A stretch of 64,000 nt of DNA. It comes from Leptogorgia sarmentosa (Eukaryota). A model generated the notes under the pieces. It was not told the DNA's origin. It made no database searches and was given only the letters and a program-made list of their open reading frames with translations. Shown here piece after piece: positions 52,830 to 64,000 of this stretch; position 1 is the stretch's first letter; each line of letters begins with the position of its first letter. Location: the NCBI GenBank assembly GCA_964658305.1, contig OZ210885.1, positions 24,304,001 through 24,368,000 of the forward strand. Direction: 5' to 3'. A program made the position numbers and the translations under genes.

Positions 52830-54282
52830 TTAAAGCACGCGCGTGCCAAAATTATGTTCAAATTATTGGTCAACATCCTTGTGTGTATATGTGCTGATCA
52901 CTCGCACAAGTTTGTTTCAAATCACTTGAAAAATCGTCTTCTGTCAGACCATAGATAACAGTTCACGTACAAGTTAGTTTTGATCCATGTAACCAAGCAA
53001 GTTGGCGCACAATTCACAAATAAACACAACACTTCACAAGGCATAATAACATGTTCAAACCCTAGGTGCCTTCGTCACCAATATTTTAGTAAAATGTACC
53101 ATTAAAAAGGACATATTCAACATCTGAAGAAACTTGGTGTACTAAGAACAACTTCCTACTCTTCAAATAATTTGATTATGACTCAGAGAAGCTCAGATCT
53201 CAAACAAACATTCGCTTTGCATTTTCATTCGAAATTTACAAATTCGAACAAAAAACAGGTTGTGACCGCAATTTCTCTGCACAGCGACAACAAATTTCCC
53301 AGCTGCTGGAAAATGTATGGCATTGAAAGTGAAGTGGAAACACGTTCCAATAGATATTGAAGTGTGTTGATTGATGATCGATTCGATTCGAGAAAGCATT
53401 GAACGACTCGAGATTGTGACGGCCGATGCGAGTGTGTATTGTTCGACGCGGCTGGAAGTTGCAAAAGCCTGATCCATTGCACGAACACTCGATCCATTTG
53501 AGTAAAACCCATTCGATTACGGAAACGATTGATCGATTCGAATGGGTGAAGTATGAGGTAGTCCATTCGTTTCGGCAAAGCCTCGGTCGATTTGTGATGT
53601 TTATGTTCGATTTCAAAGTATTGAATTTTGACAGTAAAAACGCGCCATATGTACAACATACTCCATGTTTTGATTCGATTAAATCAAATTGCATGAATTA
53701 ACACTAAACATTGTACATAATAGAATGATCACCTCGGGTTCTTTTGTTCTTGCCGGGTCGTTTAATCACGATATTCCCGGGTTTAGCGGGGAGATTTGTA
53801 ATTTCCCCCTGATTAAAATTAATGAGCCAAAAATGGAAATTAGACGAAAGGTACTTACCTTGAAGTGTAATTGTAGTTCTCTGTAGATATGCGGAGCATT
53901 ATGGGATAATTATGCATAGTTTCAATCAAGCTTGGTCAGCGGTCACGTTTCAAAGCCTATTCAAATGCAAATTTGAAGCAACAAAAACCCCCGGACAGAG
54001 CTTCGCAAACAGTTCTTCTGAAGTGCTTCTTTGTCCAAGGTCCGCCCCAATCAGGGAGGGGTCCACAGCATCATCGGGCGGGTAGCATTATCCCATAATG
54101 CTCTGCATATCTACAGAGAACTACAATTACACTTCAAGGTAAGTACCTTTCGTCTAATTTCCATTTCTCTTACGATATGCTCCACATTATGGGATAATTA
54201 TGCGATTTCAAAGAACCGCGGACAATGATCAATACACATTAAAATGCAACGAGAAACCCAACTATATTTTAATAGAAACACA

Positions 54283-55368
54283 TTAACACTCTGGTACCCT
54301 TAAATAATGCCTCCGGAAGGTACGTTCATTCGACCAGTCTGCCATCTTCAAAATCTGCGCGAGAGGAACACCTGATGTATACGCCTTCGTTGTCGCAGCT
54401 CCTCGGACACTATGAGCTTTAAACACGGTAGTGTAAATCCCTGCCGCATGCATGACCGTTTTAATCCATCTAGCGATAGTCGCAGTTGTTACCGGGTTGT
54501 GTGGTTTTACAAATGACACAAATAACTTATGCTGATATGTACCATCATGCAACCTTAAAACTTCTGTGCGGGAAATATACTCCCTTAGCGTTCGAACCGG
54601 GCAAATGTCGGCAACATCGGCTGCTGTTATACACACTTCCACTGACTTCCCTGGCCTAGAGGTCTTTAATCTATCAGTTACTAAGAATTTAATAGACTCG
54701 GAAGTCTCTATTTTATTCCGTAGATCTAATGCACACATTGTTTGTTCTCGCTGTGCCATGGCCAGTGCACAAAGCATAACCGTCTTCAGAGTTAATGACT
54801 TTAAGCTAAGCGTTGATAGCGGAGTCAAAGTCCCAAGATAGTCAGTCACGGCTGACACATCCCATGTGGATGAATACCTGGCCGTTGGTGGCCGATAAAG
54901 GTATATACCTTTAAGTAGCCGCGAGATCAATGGATGGGCACCAATTGATTTTCGATCTTCCGAAATAGACTCGACTGTCGTAGAGATCGCAGACCGGTAA
55001 GTGTTGATTGTGCTATAACTCTTCCCGTCGTGATAGCATTCAGTTAGGAAATTTGCCACCTGTTCTACAGACGGTTGAAGTACACTAATCTGTCTTTCAC
55101 GACACCAGCCAGTCCATTTCGTCCAAACTCCCTTGTATTGCTTCTCGGTACCAACTGTCCAGGATCCACAGATGAGGGTAACCGACTCCTCAGAAAGGCC
55201 TCTTGCTGCGAGGGTTTCCCTGACAACTTCCAACCGGCTAACTCCAATGTGTCCCTGAGTGGATGCAGCTGTCGTTGATCGTGGGGAAGACGCTCGGACC
55301 TGGGTAATAGGAATGGTACATCTGCGAGAAGGCGGAGCAGCAGGGGATACCAAGTCCGGGTTGGCCAT
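54283..55368 (-). CDS. DIRS tyrosine recombinase, overlapping pol
   Basis: SAM-like binding domain plus catalytic R (AQR), K (LKT), HSVR, W (ADW) and Y (RRHY). Confidence 0.92.
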   Translation of the reverse strand: MANPDLVSPAAPPSRRCTIPITQVRASSPRSTTAASTQGHIGVSRLEVVRETLAARGLSEESVTLICGSWTVGTEKQYKGVWTKWTGWCRERQISVLQPSVEQVANFLTECYHDGKSYSTINTYRSAISTTVESISEDRKSIGAHPLISRLLKGIYLYRPPTARYSSTWDVSAVTDYLGTLTPLSTLSLKSLTLKTVMLCALAMAQREQTMCALDLRNKIETSESIKFLVTDRLKTSRPGKSVEVCITAADVADICPVRTLREYISRTEVLRLHDGTYQHKLFVSFVKPHNPVTTATIARWIKTVMHAAGIYTTVFKAHSVRGAATTKAYTSGVPLAQILKMADWSNERTFRRHYLRVPEC

Positions 55369-56960
55369 ACCGGAGCAATTAAAAGAACCATGGCCTGGTC
55401 CTTCAATATCTTGGCTAACACACGCGGTAATAAACTAAAGGGAGGAAACGCATAGCATTGCACATTAGCCCAGCTCATGGTAAAGGCATCATATGTAACA
55501 GCTCCAGGTTCCGGATGCCAAGAAACAAATTTATTAGTCTTGGCATTAAGTCTGGATGCAAATAAATCAATGTCAGGAGCAAAGTCCATGCGGCAAATAA
55601 CGCTCTGATAGATTTCATCGTTTAATGACCATTCGAGATGGTTATCAATGGTCCTAGATAGCTGGTCGGCTATGACATTGGCTGTACCGGGTACATGTTG
55701 AGCAGTAACCTGGAGGGATCTAAAAATACACCACTCCCATAAGGTCCTAGACAGACCGTTAAGTGAAGGAGACTTCGTACCTCCCATATTATTCAAATAA
55801 GCCACTGCTGTAGAATTATCAATACCAACTCGTACATGAACTGACCGTTCAGTGGACACAAAACACTGAAGGGCATGAAAAGCAGCAAGAAGTTCTAAAT
55901 AATTTATATGGTTTGTTGACTCAGTAACAGACCAACTACCATTTGCCGACTGGCCCTTACATACTGCCCCCCATCCAGACAGGCTTGCATCTGAATGTAT
56001 AACAATGTCAATATTGGATTCCCCAAATGTTTTCCCATTACGCTGGACAATATTGTGGATTACCCAGTTCAAGTCAGACTGAGCTTGGGCACTTAGTGCG
56101 ACAACCTGCTCATAGTCGGGTTCCATACACTGAGACAACGCCTCGGATTTACAATGCTCTAGGGAGCGATAATAGAGCTTAAGATAATTTATGGCTGGCA
56201 ACGCAGAAACTAGCAAACCCGCTACTCGAGCCACCTCTCTAGCAGTGGCATTGGGCTTCGCCACAAGTTGCTTACATGCTGAAATTATTTTCTCTAGTTT
56301 TCCCTCTGGTAAGAATAACTTCATAACCACAGAATTTATCACAAATCCTAAATACTGGATCTCTGTGACAGGACGTAGTTGGGATTTTTCTTGATTAATA
56401 AGGAAACCCAAATCCTCTAAAACTTGTGTTATGGCAGACAATTGTTTCTGACATTCCTCACAAGAACTTGCTATCAACAAAATATCATCAATGTATATAA
56501 AAACCCTAAACCCCATAAATCTAAAATGGGCCATGATAGGCTTAAAAATCTTGGTAAACACACGAGGTGCTAAGCTATAACCAAATGGTAAGCATGTGAA
56601 TTCAAATAGGCTAGATTTCCAACGGAAATGAAGATATTTCCGGTGTGGTTGGAAAATAGGGACGTTAAAATAAGCATCCTTAAGGTCCAGAGAGACCATG
56701 TAATCTCCTGGAGAAATGGCATTCAAAACCATCTGTATATTCTCCATTTTAAAATGGATTTTTTCGACAAAGTGATTAAGTGGTTTCAAATTGATAACTG
56801 GCCGAAAATCACCAGTTTTCTTTGGTACGAGGAATAGATTCGATATAAACTCGTTTTTACAATGAGTTACCTCATTAATGGCACCTTTCTCCATGAGTCG
56901 TCTCACCTCCTCATCAACCAATTTTATTTCATGCGAGCTAAAATTTGGAGAAGTAGGCAA
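55065..56960 (-). CDS. DIRS RT / RNase H / DAM-like methyltransferase; frame open further upstream past 57100
   Basis: LDLKDAY, LPFG, YIDD, SDAS..GWG, HINYLEL, DN, DLFASRLN and YAFPPF in an uninterrupted 631-aa ORF. Confidence 0.93.
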   Translation of the reverse strand: MPTSPNFSSHEIKLVDEEVRRLMEKGAINEVTHCKNEFISNLFLVPKKTGDFRPVINLKPLNHFVEKIHFKMENIQMVLNAISPGDYMVSLDLKDAYFNVPIFQPHRKYLHFRWKSSLFEFTCLPFGYSLAPRVFTKIFKPIMAHFRFMGFRVFIYIDDILLIASSCEECQKQLSAITQVLEDLGFLINQEKSQLRPVTEIQYLGFVINSVVMKLFLPEGKLEKIISACKQLVAKPNATAREVARVAGLLVSALPAINYLKLYYRSLEHCKSEALSQCMEPDYEQVVALSAQAQSDLNWVIHNIVQRNGKTFGESNIDIVIHSDASLSGWGAVCKGQSANGSWSVTESTNHINYLELLAAFHALQCFVSTERSVHVRVGIDNSTAVAYLNNMGGTKSPSLNGLSRTLWEWCIFRSLQVTAQHVPGTANVIADQLSRTIDNHLEWSLNDEIYQSVICRMDFAPDIDLFASRLNAKTNKFVSWHPEPGAVTYDAFTMSWANVQCYAFPPFSLLPRVLAKILKDQAMVLLIAPVWPTRTWYPLLLRLLADVPFLLPRSERLPHDQRQLHPLRDTLELAGWKLSGKPSQQEAFLRSRLPSSVDPGQLVPRSNTREFGRNGLAGVVKDRLVYFNRL

Positions 56961-59595
56961 TCTCGCCTGATGAGGAAGCGATACAAACTCAAGGTGATAC
57001 CCTGAGACAGTCTGAAGGATCCAAGGATCACTAGTGATTTTCCTCCAGCTTCCAATCTGATTTTTAAGGCTACCAACCTGTACCTTAGTTAGGCCTTGTC
57101 CTTGTTTGGAAATCTGGTGGGTGCTCGGTTTGATGGCTGATTTCGGTCGCGAAAAGAACTTCCACGACCGCGGTAGCCTAAAAAAGCCCTCCTGTTTGAA
57201 CCTTGGTAGCTGCCAGAGCTCTTATAGGGTTTACCAACTCGGGAAGGTGATGAAAAGAAAACTCAAATTAAAACGTCGTATGAACCAATTGACCATTCAA
57301 AGCACGAAAGAAAGAACTGTTTGCGAAGCTCTGTCCGGGGGTTTTTGTTGCTTCAAATTTGCATTTGAATAGGCTTTGAAACGTGACCGCTGACCAAGCT
57401 TGATTGAAAGTATGCATAATTATCCCATAATGTGGAGCATATCGTAAGAGAATTGAAAGACACGACAAAGAGTTTTCTTAATACGTTTTACACAACAAAC
57501 AAAATAATTACACTACAATGGAAAATTGTTGAATACATCACTGGTCATGCATTGTATTACACAATACTGCTACTATCAATTAGTTTTGTACAATGAAAAG
57601 TTATACATATTTCACACTGTGACTGACCGAGTACACTCTACACTCACACTGGCGTACTGTAGTTCTCAAGGACTGTAGAATGATTGCCGGAGAAAACCGG
57701 GCAGATCCAAAAGTGAGGGTCGGCTGATTTCAATGAAACTTTCAGCGATGAAAGACTATCCAAATTGATTATGAACTGTGGTATTAAAAGTTTCGAAGAG
57801 GTTATATTTTGCGAGATTGACCACCCCCCTCGGTTTTGGACCGAAATCGGCCTTCGTTACGCCAAACTTTTAGGAAGAATTTGGGCCCCTAAAAAGGTAC
57901 AATCGCTTCTTTAATCCGATTTTTGAAAATTCATATTCGAAATATATCCTTTGATGAATACTTCTGTAGGTTTTGAGACAAATCGGGCGATTTTTACAGC
58001 TTTGACCTTGACTTCAATTATGCCGCGAAACACGCTTCAGATTTTATCGAAAAATCCATCAACTTCAAACTCGATTTTCTCAAAAGTGCGTGAATTTTTC
58101 CCAAACACACATTCCCTGACACCCTTATGACTGGACTTCAACAAACTAAAAAGTTACAATTGGTATCTATTTTCAATCGAACGTACGAAGATGTTGAAGT
58201 TGTCCATTTTGCACTATCAAATTGCGTGACGGCAGATAAGTTTTACTTCCGGTCAAGTCGCAATTCCGTCAGAGACTCTAAAACTTGCAATAAAAGAACT
58301 CTTTGAAAGACAATCACTATTATAAATACTGTTTATGGTTCTAATTTATGGTTTTGGATCCAAAATCAGTTCTTTTGGACCATAATATTGTAGGATATGC
58401 AATGCTAATTTGCATAAATAAACAAGTCAATCGCCGCGATACAAATCGTTGAAGCGGCATAATACTGATTTTATTGTTTGATAATAAATCAATAAAACAT
58501 ACATCGACTCTATTTAATAGCTAATTCGTTCTATATATAACTGCATTCGTTTACCTGCAACTACAAGAAGAATGTATTCCTCAAACTATTTCCGGAACTT
58601 GTTCCGTCCTTTTCACCGAAGAGTTAGGGCAAACAAATGCTTCTAGGTATAAACGTTCAGGATATATATCTCAAATTATAATCATTGGTCTTTTTTGTCC
58701 ATTTTTTAGCAATTATAATATGGTCAAGCTATTATTTATACTTGTTCAATATAAAACATAAGCCATTCACGAAAAAAAGAGTAAATGTACATTAATCATT
58801 TTAATATTACTCAGTCTGCATACAACTATTTACGTATCTAATGTAGCGTTTTATTGCGGATATCCCATATTAATCGCAAGCGTAAAACCCGATTCATTTG
58901 GATGTACAATTTAAAAGCTAGGGCAAAAATGCAAAAATTGGAACTTGTACTCTCGTTTACATCAGATCATGTACTCAAACCCATACTTAGAAAAATGACC
59001 CTCCATAACCAGAATATAACGAGTATGTTAGAAAGCTAAAACTTTTTTCTATTTGTATTTTTACGGCGACAGAATTTGCCTGGCTTAAGGTCCGTTAACT
59101 TACAGTCATCGCAATCAAGTGAACTATAGATGATAAGGATATAGGTGCACAATTTGCACTAAAAATGCATCATTATCAATGTGCAATATTGAAAACAATT
59201 TTTGTTTGTCATGTTTAAAGGCCAGCAATGAGGACTGGAGCTGATTGCGTGGACTTTGAAACCCCGTCAAGTCTGAATTGGGGGCCTTCGAATGAATTCA
59301 AAAACTCATTAATCATTCGGGAGGGGTAATTGAACCTATGTGCTCATGCGCAAACGACCTGTTATGTTCAAGTACCAGATCGTTGTGCAGCTTTTCGGTA
59401 TTGAACCCGGTTGTCATGAGCAGGGGTCCCATTGATTGTAAGATGATGGGTGCTTGGAGTACTTTGAAAGCTGTTTTTCTTTATTTAAAAAAAATTCCAA
59501 GCACTCTGTGCCGGACTCGGGATTTCAAGATACTGCAAGTGATACAAATTCAGTTTCTGGTTTGGTTGCTTACCTCTTGAATGATTAATGAGTTT

Positions 59596-62500
59596 TTAAT
59601 GGGTGTTACCTGCCGCACAAGAGCACGTAGAAATAAGTTTTTGGATGGGTACTATAAAGCTTTTCTTTCTTGTTAATGGCCCATCTACCGCTATCTCAAG
59701 TCTCTCACAGATCTGTTTGAGTTCTGCCAGTTTTAACGTTGGAAGCTTTTCATTAGATGTCAGTTCACAAATGTTTAGGTTATCAAGTAATACAGGATGG
59801 TCTGGAACGTTGATATCATCTTCAACTGCCTTGCGCAGAGCTTCAAAAGACTCCTGATCTTCGATGGCTTCAATATCATCGTCTGATATTTCTTCTTCCT
59901 CATCAGTCATGCCCTTTCTCGCTTGCTCGATTTTTCTTTTTGCTGACAGTCGTGAGAAGAACCCTTTAATTTGTTCAGGTGTTTTCCATTCCTCTGGTGT
60001 AAATAGAGGCTGTCCATTGTCATCCTTTGCATGCTTCATTTCCTTGCTCACTTGCGATGGTTCAGCTTTGTGACCTGTAATAGCACCAGAGTCGAAGTGT
60101 TCCACAAGGAATGACTTGACTTTATCAGACATTTTGGTCCAGGTTGTCTTTAAAGCCCATCCCATAGCTTGTTGTTCATCACTTGACGTCTCTTGTTGAT
60201 GACTGTTGCTGCTTGATTCTGCTGCTATTTCACTAGAGGCTGGTTGGCTGGTAAATTTGATTCCGCTGACTTTCTCCACCCATGCTTTCCTGATGGAATC
60301 GTAAAGGGATTCTTTGTCTGTTTTGCGCACGTGCTCTCCGGTGTCCATGTGTTCTTCGGCTTGAGACTGCACTTTGAAAGTAAGAATACACCCAGGCTCA
60401 TTACAGGAGTAGATCTCATTTTGACTGCCTTCTTGCCTTGCTCCTATGATGCCAAATTCACGCATTCTGGGGCCAAAATTCTGTAGAACCTCTAAAGCAG
60501 TATCATCCTGTGGTACAATTTGAAGATCTTTATACAAGATGAGGTTTCCGGGTCCAATATCATAGCTTCGCCACACCCTAATGCCAATCCTTTTCAAGCA
60601 AAAAGTTGTTTAGAAGACTAATGCCAGGTATCTTGTTATCGCTTGCATTATCTCTAGATGTATTCAGCTTGACCACTGCTGCACGGCTTCCTTTGACGCC
60701 TCCATGTGATTCAAGGGCTGTTTTCATTTCTTCAGCAGTAGTGATATCATGCTTCTCGTTCAGCCATCTCCTCATGTGAGACTTCATTGATGCAATTTTG
60801 CGATCGCAGATATCTTTCCCAGCTTGTGGATCTGAGAAATCATATCTTTGAATGGTGATACCGGTTCTCTCGGAGATGTATCGAAGACTGAGCAAGAGTG
60901 GACCATTGTGGTAACACGCGGCATTATCAGAACGCAAGTTGACTTTTGTCACTGATGGATAATCCTTTCGAATGGTATGGAGGAGGTTTTCGACTATGGA
61001 GGTCACAGCAAAGGCACCTTGGACGCAAGAATCGAGCAGATGCACATAACACTCAACTTTATAGCCACCATCGCTTTTGGTAATGACTGCTGACACGTGC
61101 CAATTTTTACCCTTTTTTCCAAAAAAATCACTCATATGCTCTCTATAACGTTGAGGCAAATATTTCATTGCCCAGTCCATGATGACTAAGGCTGTGTCAT
61201 CTTTCAGATCGCGAAGAGCTTTGTTCTTTGCTTCATCTTGATTTAGAAGACGAAGTAAATGGGATTTCCAAGCGTAGATATGACGTATGTATTCTTTGAT
61301 CTCAAAGTATTTTCTTTGTCTCTGTTCTTCAGTCATGTCTACCTCAGCAACCTTCTGTACAACCTCTTGTAGCACTGTTTTTAGTGCTTCACATCTTTCA
61401 CAAGATATATCATGTTGATGGTTACATTTTCCTTTGAACTTGGTATTGTTTGGGTCACTCAGAGCATAAACAATACAGTGGTCTTTACAGTGCTCATTTC
61501 GTCCTATGTGCGCCTTGAAGTCTACCTTCAGGTACCTCTTTGAGAAATATAATCAACGAAGTGGTCAATCTTACTCTGCTCGATTTTCTGACGAAATATT
61601 TGTTGATGGGATACAGGTTGCCCTTTTCCGGTTTTTGTAGCGTGCTCACGAGCAGCGTCTATACACCACTTAGAAAGTCCAGGAACGAGTTCCTTTAGTT
61701 CTGACTTGCTGAAGTCATTTGCAAATTGAGCCGAGAATCGTTGAGTCTGCCATTTTTCAGACTTTTCATACGCTTTTACTAGAACATCAACCAATCCTTC
61801 TTTTCCATCAAATTGCATGGGCTTGTTAGAAGCACTGGTGTCCATATCAAGTGATACCGCTTGTCTCATTGTTTTCCACAGTTCTTCTTCTTGACCAGGG
61901 CTTATGATAGATAATACAGCGCCTAATGACTCCTTTGCTTTGCGCGAATAGTACTTCTGTTGGGTACTTGATATGTCATCCCACGTAGTGTTTAACGTTG
62001 ACAATATAGGGCTTATCCGACCACTACTCAGCTTATCAAGAGCTTCATTAAGGGTCTGTCTTTTTTCTTGTTGAGCTTCAATTTCATCAACCCAGATGCT
62101 CAACTCCCCTTCAGGAATGGTTTTAGATGACTGAGATGACTGGGATGACTGGGACGACTGGGACGACTGGGACGACTGGGATGGCTGAGTCTCGTCTATC
62201 TCAGGAGGAATCGGGCTTTGGGCTGAAGTGCTTGGTTCATCATGTTTCACTGGCTCGATAGCAGGCTGCATCTCCTCCTAAAACACAGTGAGTTGATCTC
62301 TGATTACGCATGGTGTAAATTAAATGAAGATAATGGAATCAACTTACTTCAGCAGTATCATGAAGCGGATTACTTTCGTCATCTCGAAGTTTGTAATGTA
62401 CCAATCTACAATTCGTACATATCGCTGAAAAAGCAAAAGATGTCTTAGAAATAAACCGCAGGTCTCATAAAGTTGATGTTACACGAATCATCTTACAACA

Positions 62501-63723
62501 TCAACTTTTACGCTTGTTGCGCGGAAAGGTGAATCATAACATGGCGCGCGATTTCAACGTTTAACGGGGTTTTTTTTGCGGCAACATGTTGCGAGTTTTT
62601 AAAGACCATCAAAACTAACAAAATTACGGAGAAATTTTGACGCGGGCTGAGGAATCACTCAGTATTACTTTCTGCTTTTAATGAAATCTAATTTCACAAT
62701 CACAGGCAGCCCAATTATGAATTTGTAACAAATTAAGTATTACTATTCTATGCGAAACAATTTGCGTGGATTTCATGTATTATCATCGAAACATAAACCA
62801 AGAACAAAAACGCGTGCACTTTATCTAATTGATTTGTTTGAGCGCACGCGCATGGATTAACTTTGGCTCTATTTCACAATCCCGCAACTAAATGTAGAAC
62901 CACAGGTAAAGCGCGCGCGTTCGTGCGCTTGCTTCGTAATTTAGATAAAAAACTCATTCATGTTTGGGCTACCTGCGGTTTATGCACGCATAGTATTTTT
63001 ATTCCCTATTATATTGGGCCTTACACACGAGTCCCCTAGCTTTTACTATTGATAAGAAAACCGCGCTTTTACTAACTCCAAGGGGAAAATATACGAAAAC
63101 GTTTCTCATCCGATACAAGTACCGTGGACATCGAAAACACACTCAGCTATATTAGATAGCATATAACAACAAAAATGACGTCATATCACTATATTAGAAA
63201 TTCCACCTGAACTTTAATTTACTTGAATATAAGAAATATACAAATAGGCAAAACATTACATAAAATTTTATTTATGACATATTGATTGCAACAGCAGTGT
63301 TTCTTACCAGATCCAATGGGAACTACTTCATTAAACATCCGATGAATCTCCATTGACATTAGCTCATTGATGCGGCGAGTTGACTTGACTCGTTGACCCT
63401 TGTGTGCGGGGTAGGTACATGAGTTATTCTTGCAACCTTGCCAGTCGATAGTAAGTAATTTTCTATGTCTTGGACATATCGTCATTCTTTTCGTCTCATT
63501 TTCCGATGTGTTAAAAAATCCTGCACGGTTTAGAATGAGCTGTTTTTCTGGAATAACTGACTTTCCTCGTCCGTGCTTCCCCGTAACCTGTAAACTCACG
63601 AGGTGTCCAGTCATGTCTGCCAAACACGCATCAAGAGGTACCACTGTGGAGCCTGTACCAAGCAAGCCACATGGCGAATCATCGGTAGCAAAAGAACAAG
63701 TTAATTCAGCAGAAGCCATTATG
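59596..63723 (-). mobile_element. Sola3-like DDD transposase, spliced and frameshifted
   Basis: MDWAMKYLP..RE..DFFGKKG..WH, RSDNAACYH and FSDPQAGKDICDR; a C2H2 finger (C..PGC..F..H...H), MGWALK and a SAP-like end. Cys-rich first exon ends at gtaag near 63309. Confidence 0.75.
62125..62185 (-). repeat. 9-bp tandem repeat encoding (QSS)n
   Basis: Units of gactgggac / gactgggat. Confidence 0.9.
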
Positions 63724-64000
63724 TTATCTCTGGAACTGAGCGCGATATAGAAAAGAAACTTTCTTCGATCACCTACAATAGACTGAAATGAACAATCACT
63801 GGACGTCTGACCTGAGACTGTTGTATTGAGCAATCATTTTATCGAACTGGAATTGAAAACAAGTTTACAACTTGATACACAAGACTAGTCTGAATCAAGT
63901 TATAGTTAAAATGATTTTAATCATTTAAAAAAACATGTCTTAGGTAATGGTTTAGCAATAGACCACAGATAAGCATAGCATTAAACAATAAAATCAGTAT

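Larger units (their letters stand above)
45275..53654. repeat. Patchwork inverted homology: 45275-45572 vs 53328-53654; 45574-45645 vs 50367-50439; 45634-45671 vs 49895-49932
   Basis: Reverse-complement matches seen directly; ORF-track peptides 45164+ vs 53236- and 50355- share text. Confidence 0.85.
53831..57452 (-). mobile_element. DIRS1-type retrotransposon with ITRs and internal complementary region; gag deleted
   Basis: ITR ~53898-54017 vs ~57312-57432. ICR ~54087-54203 is complementary to 53831-53911 and to 57414-57452, joined at TTT. Confidence 0.93.

Noticed and set aside
57690..59590. gagaaaacc at 57690 as a possible Sola3 TIR end
   Set aside because: No TTAA TSD, and any partner end lies outside the window.

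Overview
This is AT-rich animal genomic DNA with GT-AG introns; the element repertoire suggests a cnidarian or coral, which is inference. The window is almost entirely nested transposable elements: a LINE, Gypsy and BEL/Pao LTR retrotransposons, three DIRS elements, a near-intact DD38E Tc1, a Helitron remnant, a Sola3-like transposase and many MITEs. Four items stand out. (1) At 27.4-32.8 kb, a Zator-type DDE transposase gene is fused to an N-terminal OTU/vertnin-like cysteine protease and C-terminal SAP and two Tudor-like domains. (2) Intron-containing IS3-like (IS3EU-type) integrases occur twice near HECT E3-ligase genes; the 45-54 kb pair is convergent and sits between inverted homologous arms. 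(3) At 2.7-6.9 kb, a spliced gene joins an HDX-like homeodomain, an HMG-box-like region and a CACTA Tnp1-like C-terminus. (4) At 53.8-57.5 kb, a DIRS1 element lacks gag but keeps open RT-RNaseH-methyltransferase and tyrosine-recombinase ORFs and complete ITR/ICR termini. Family names come from motif recognition by eye; no database search was run.
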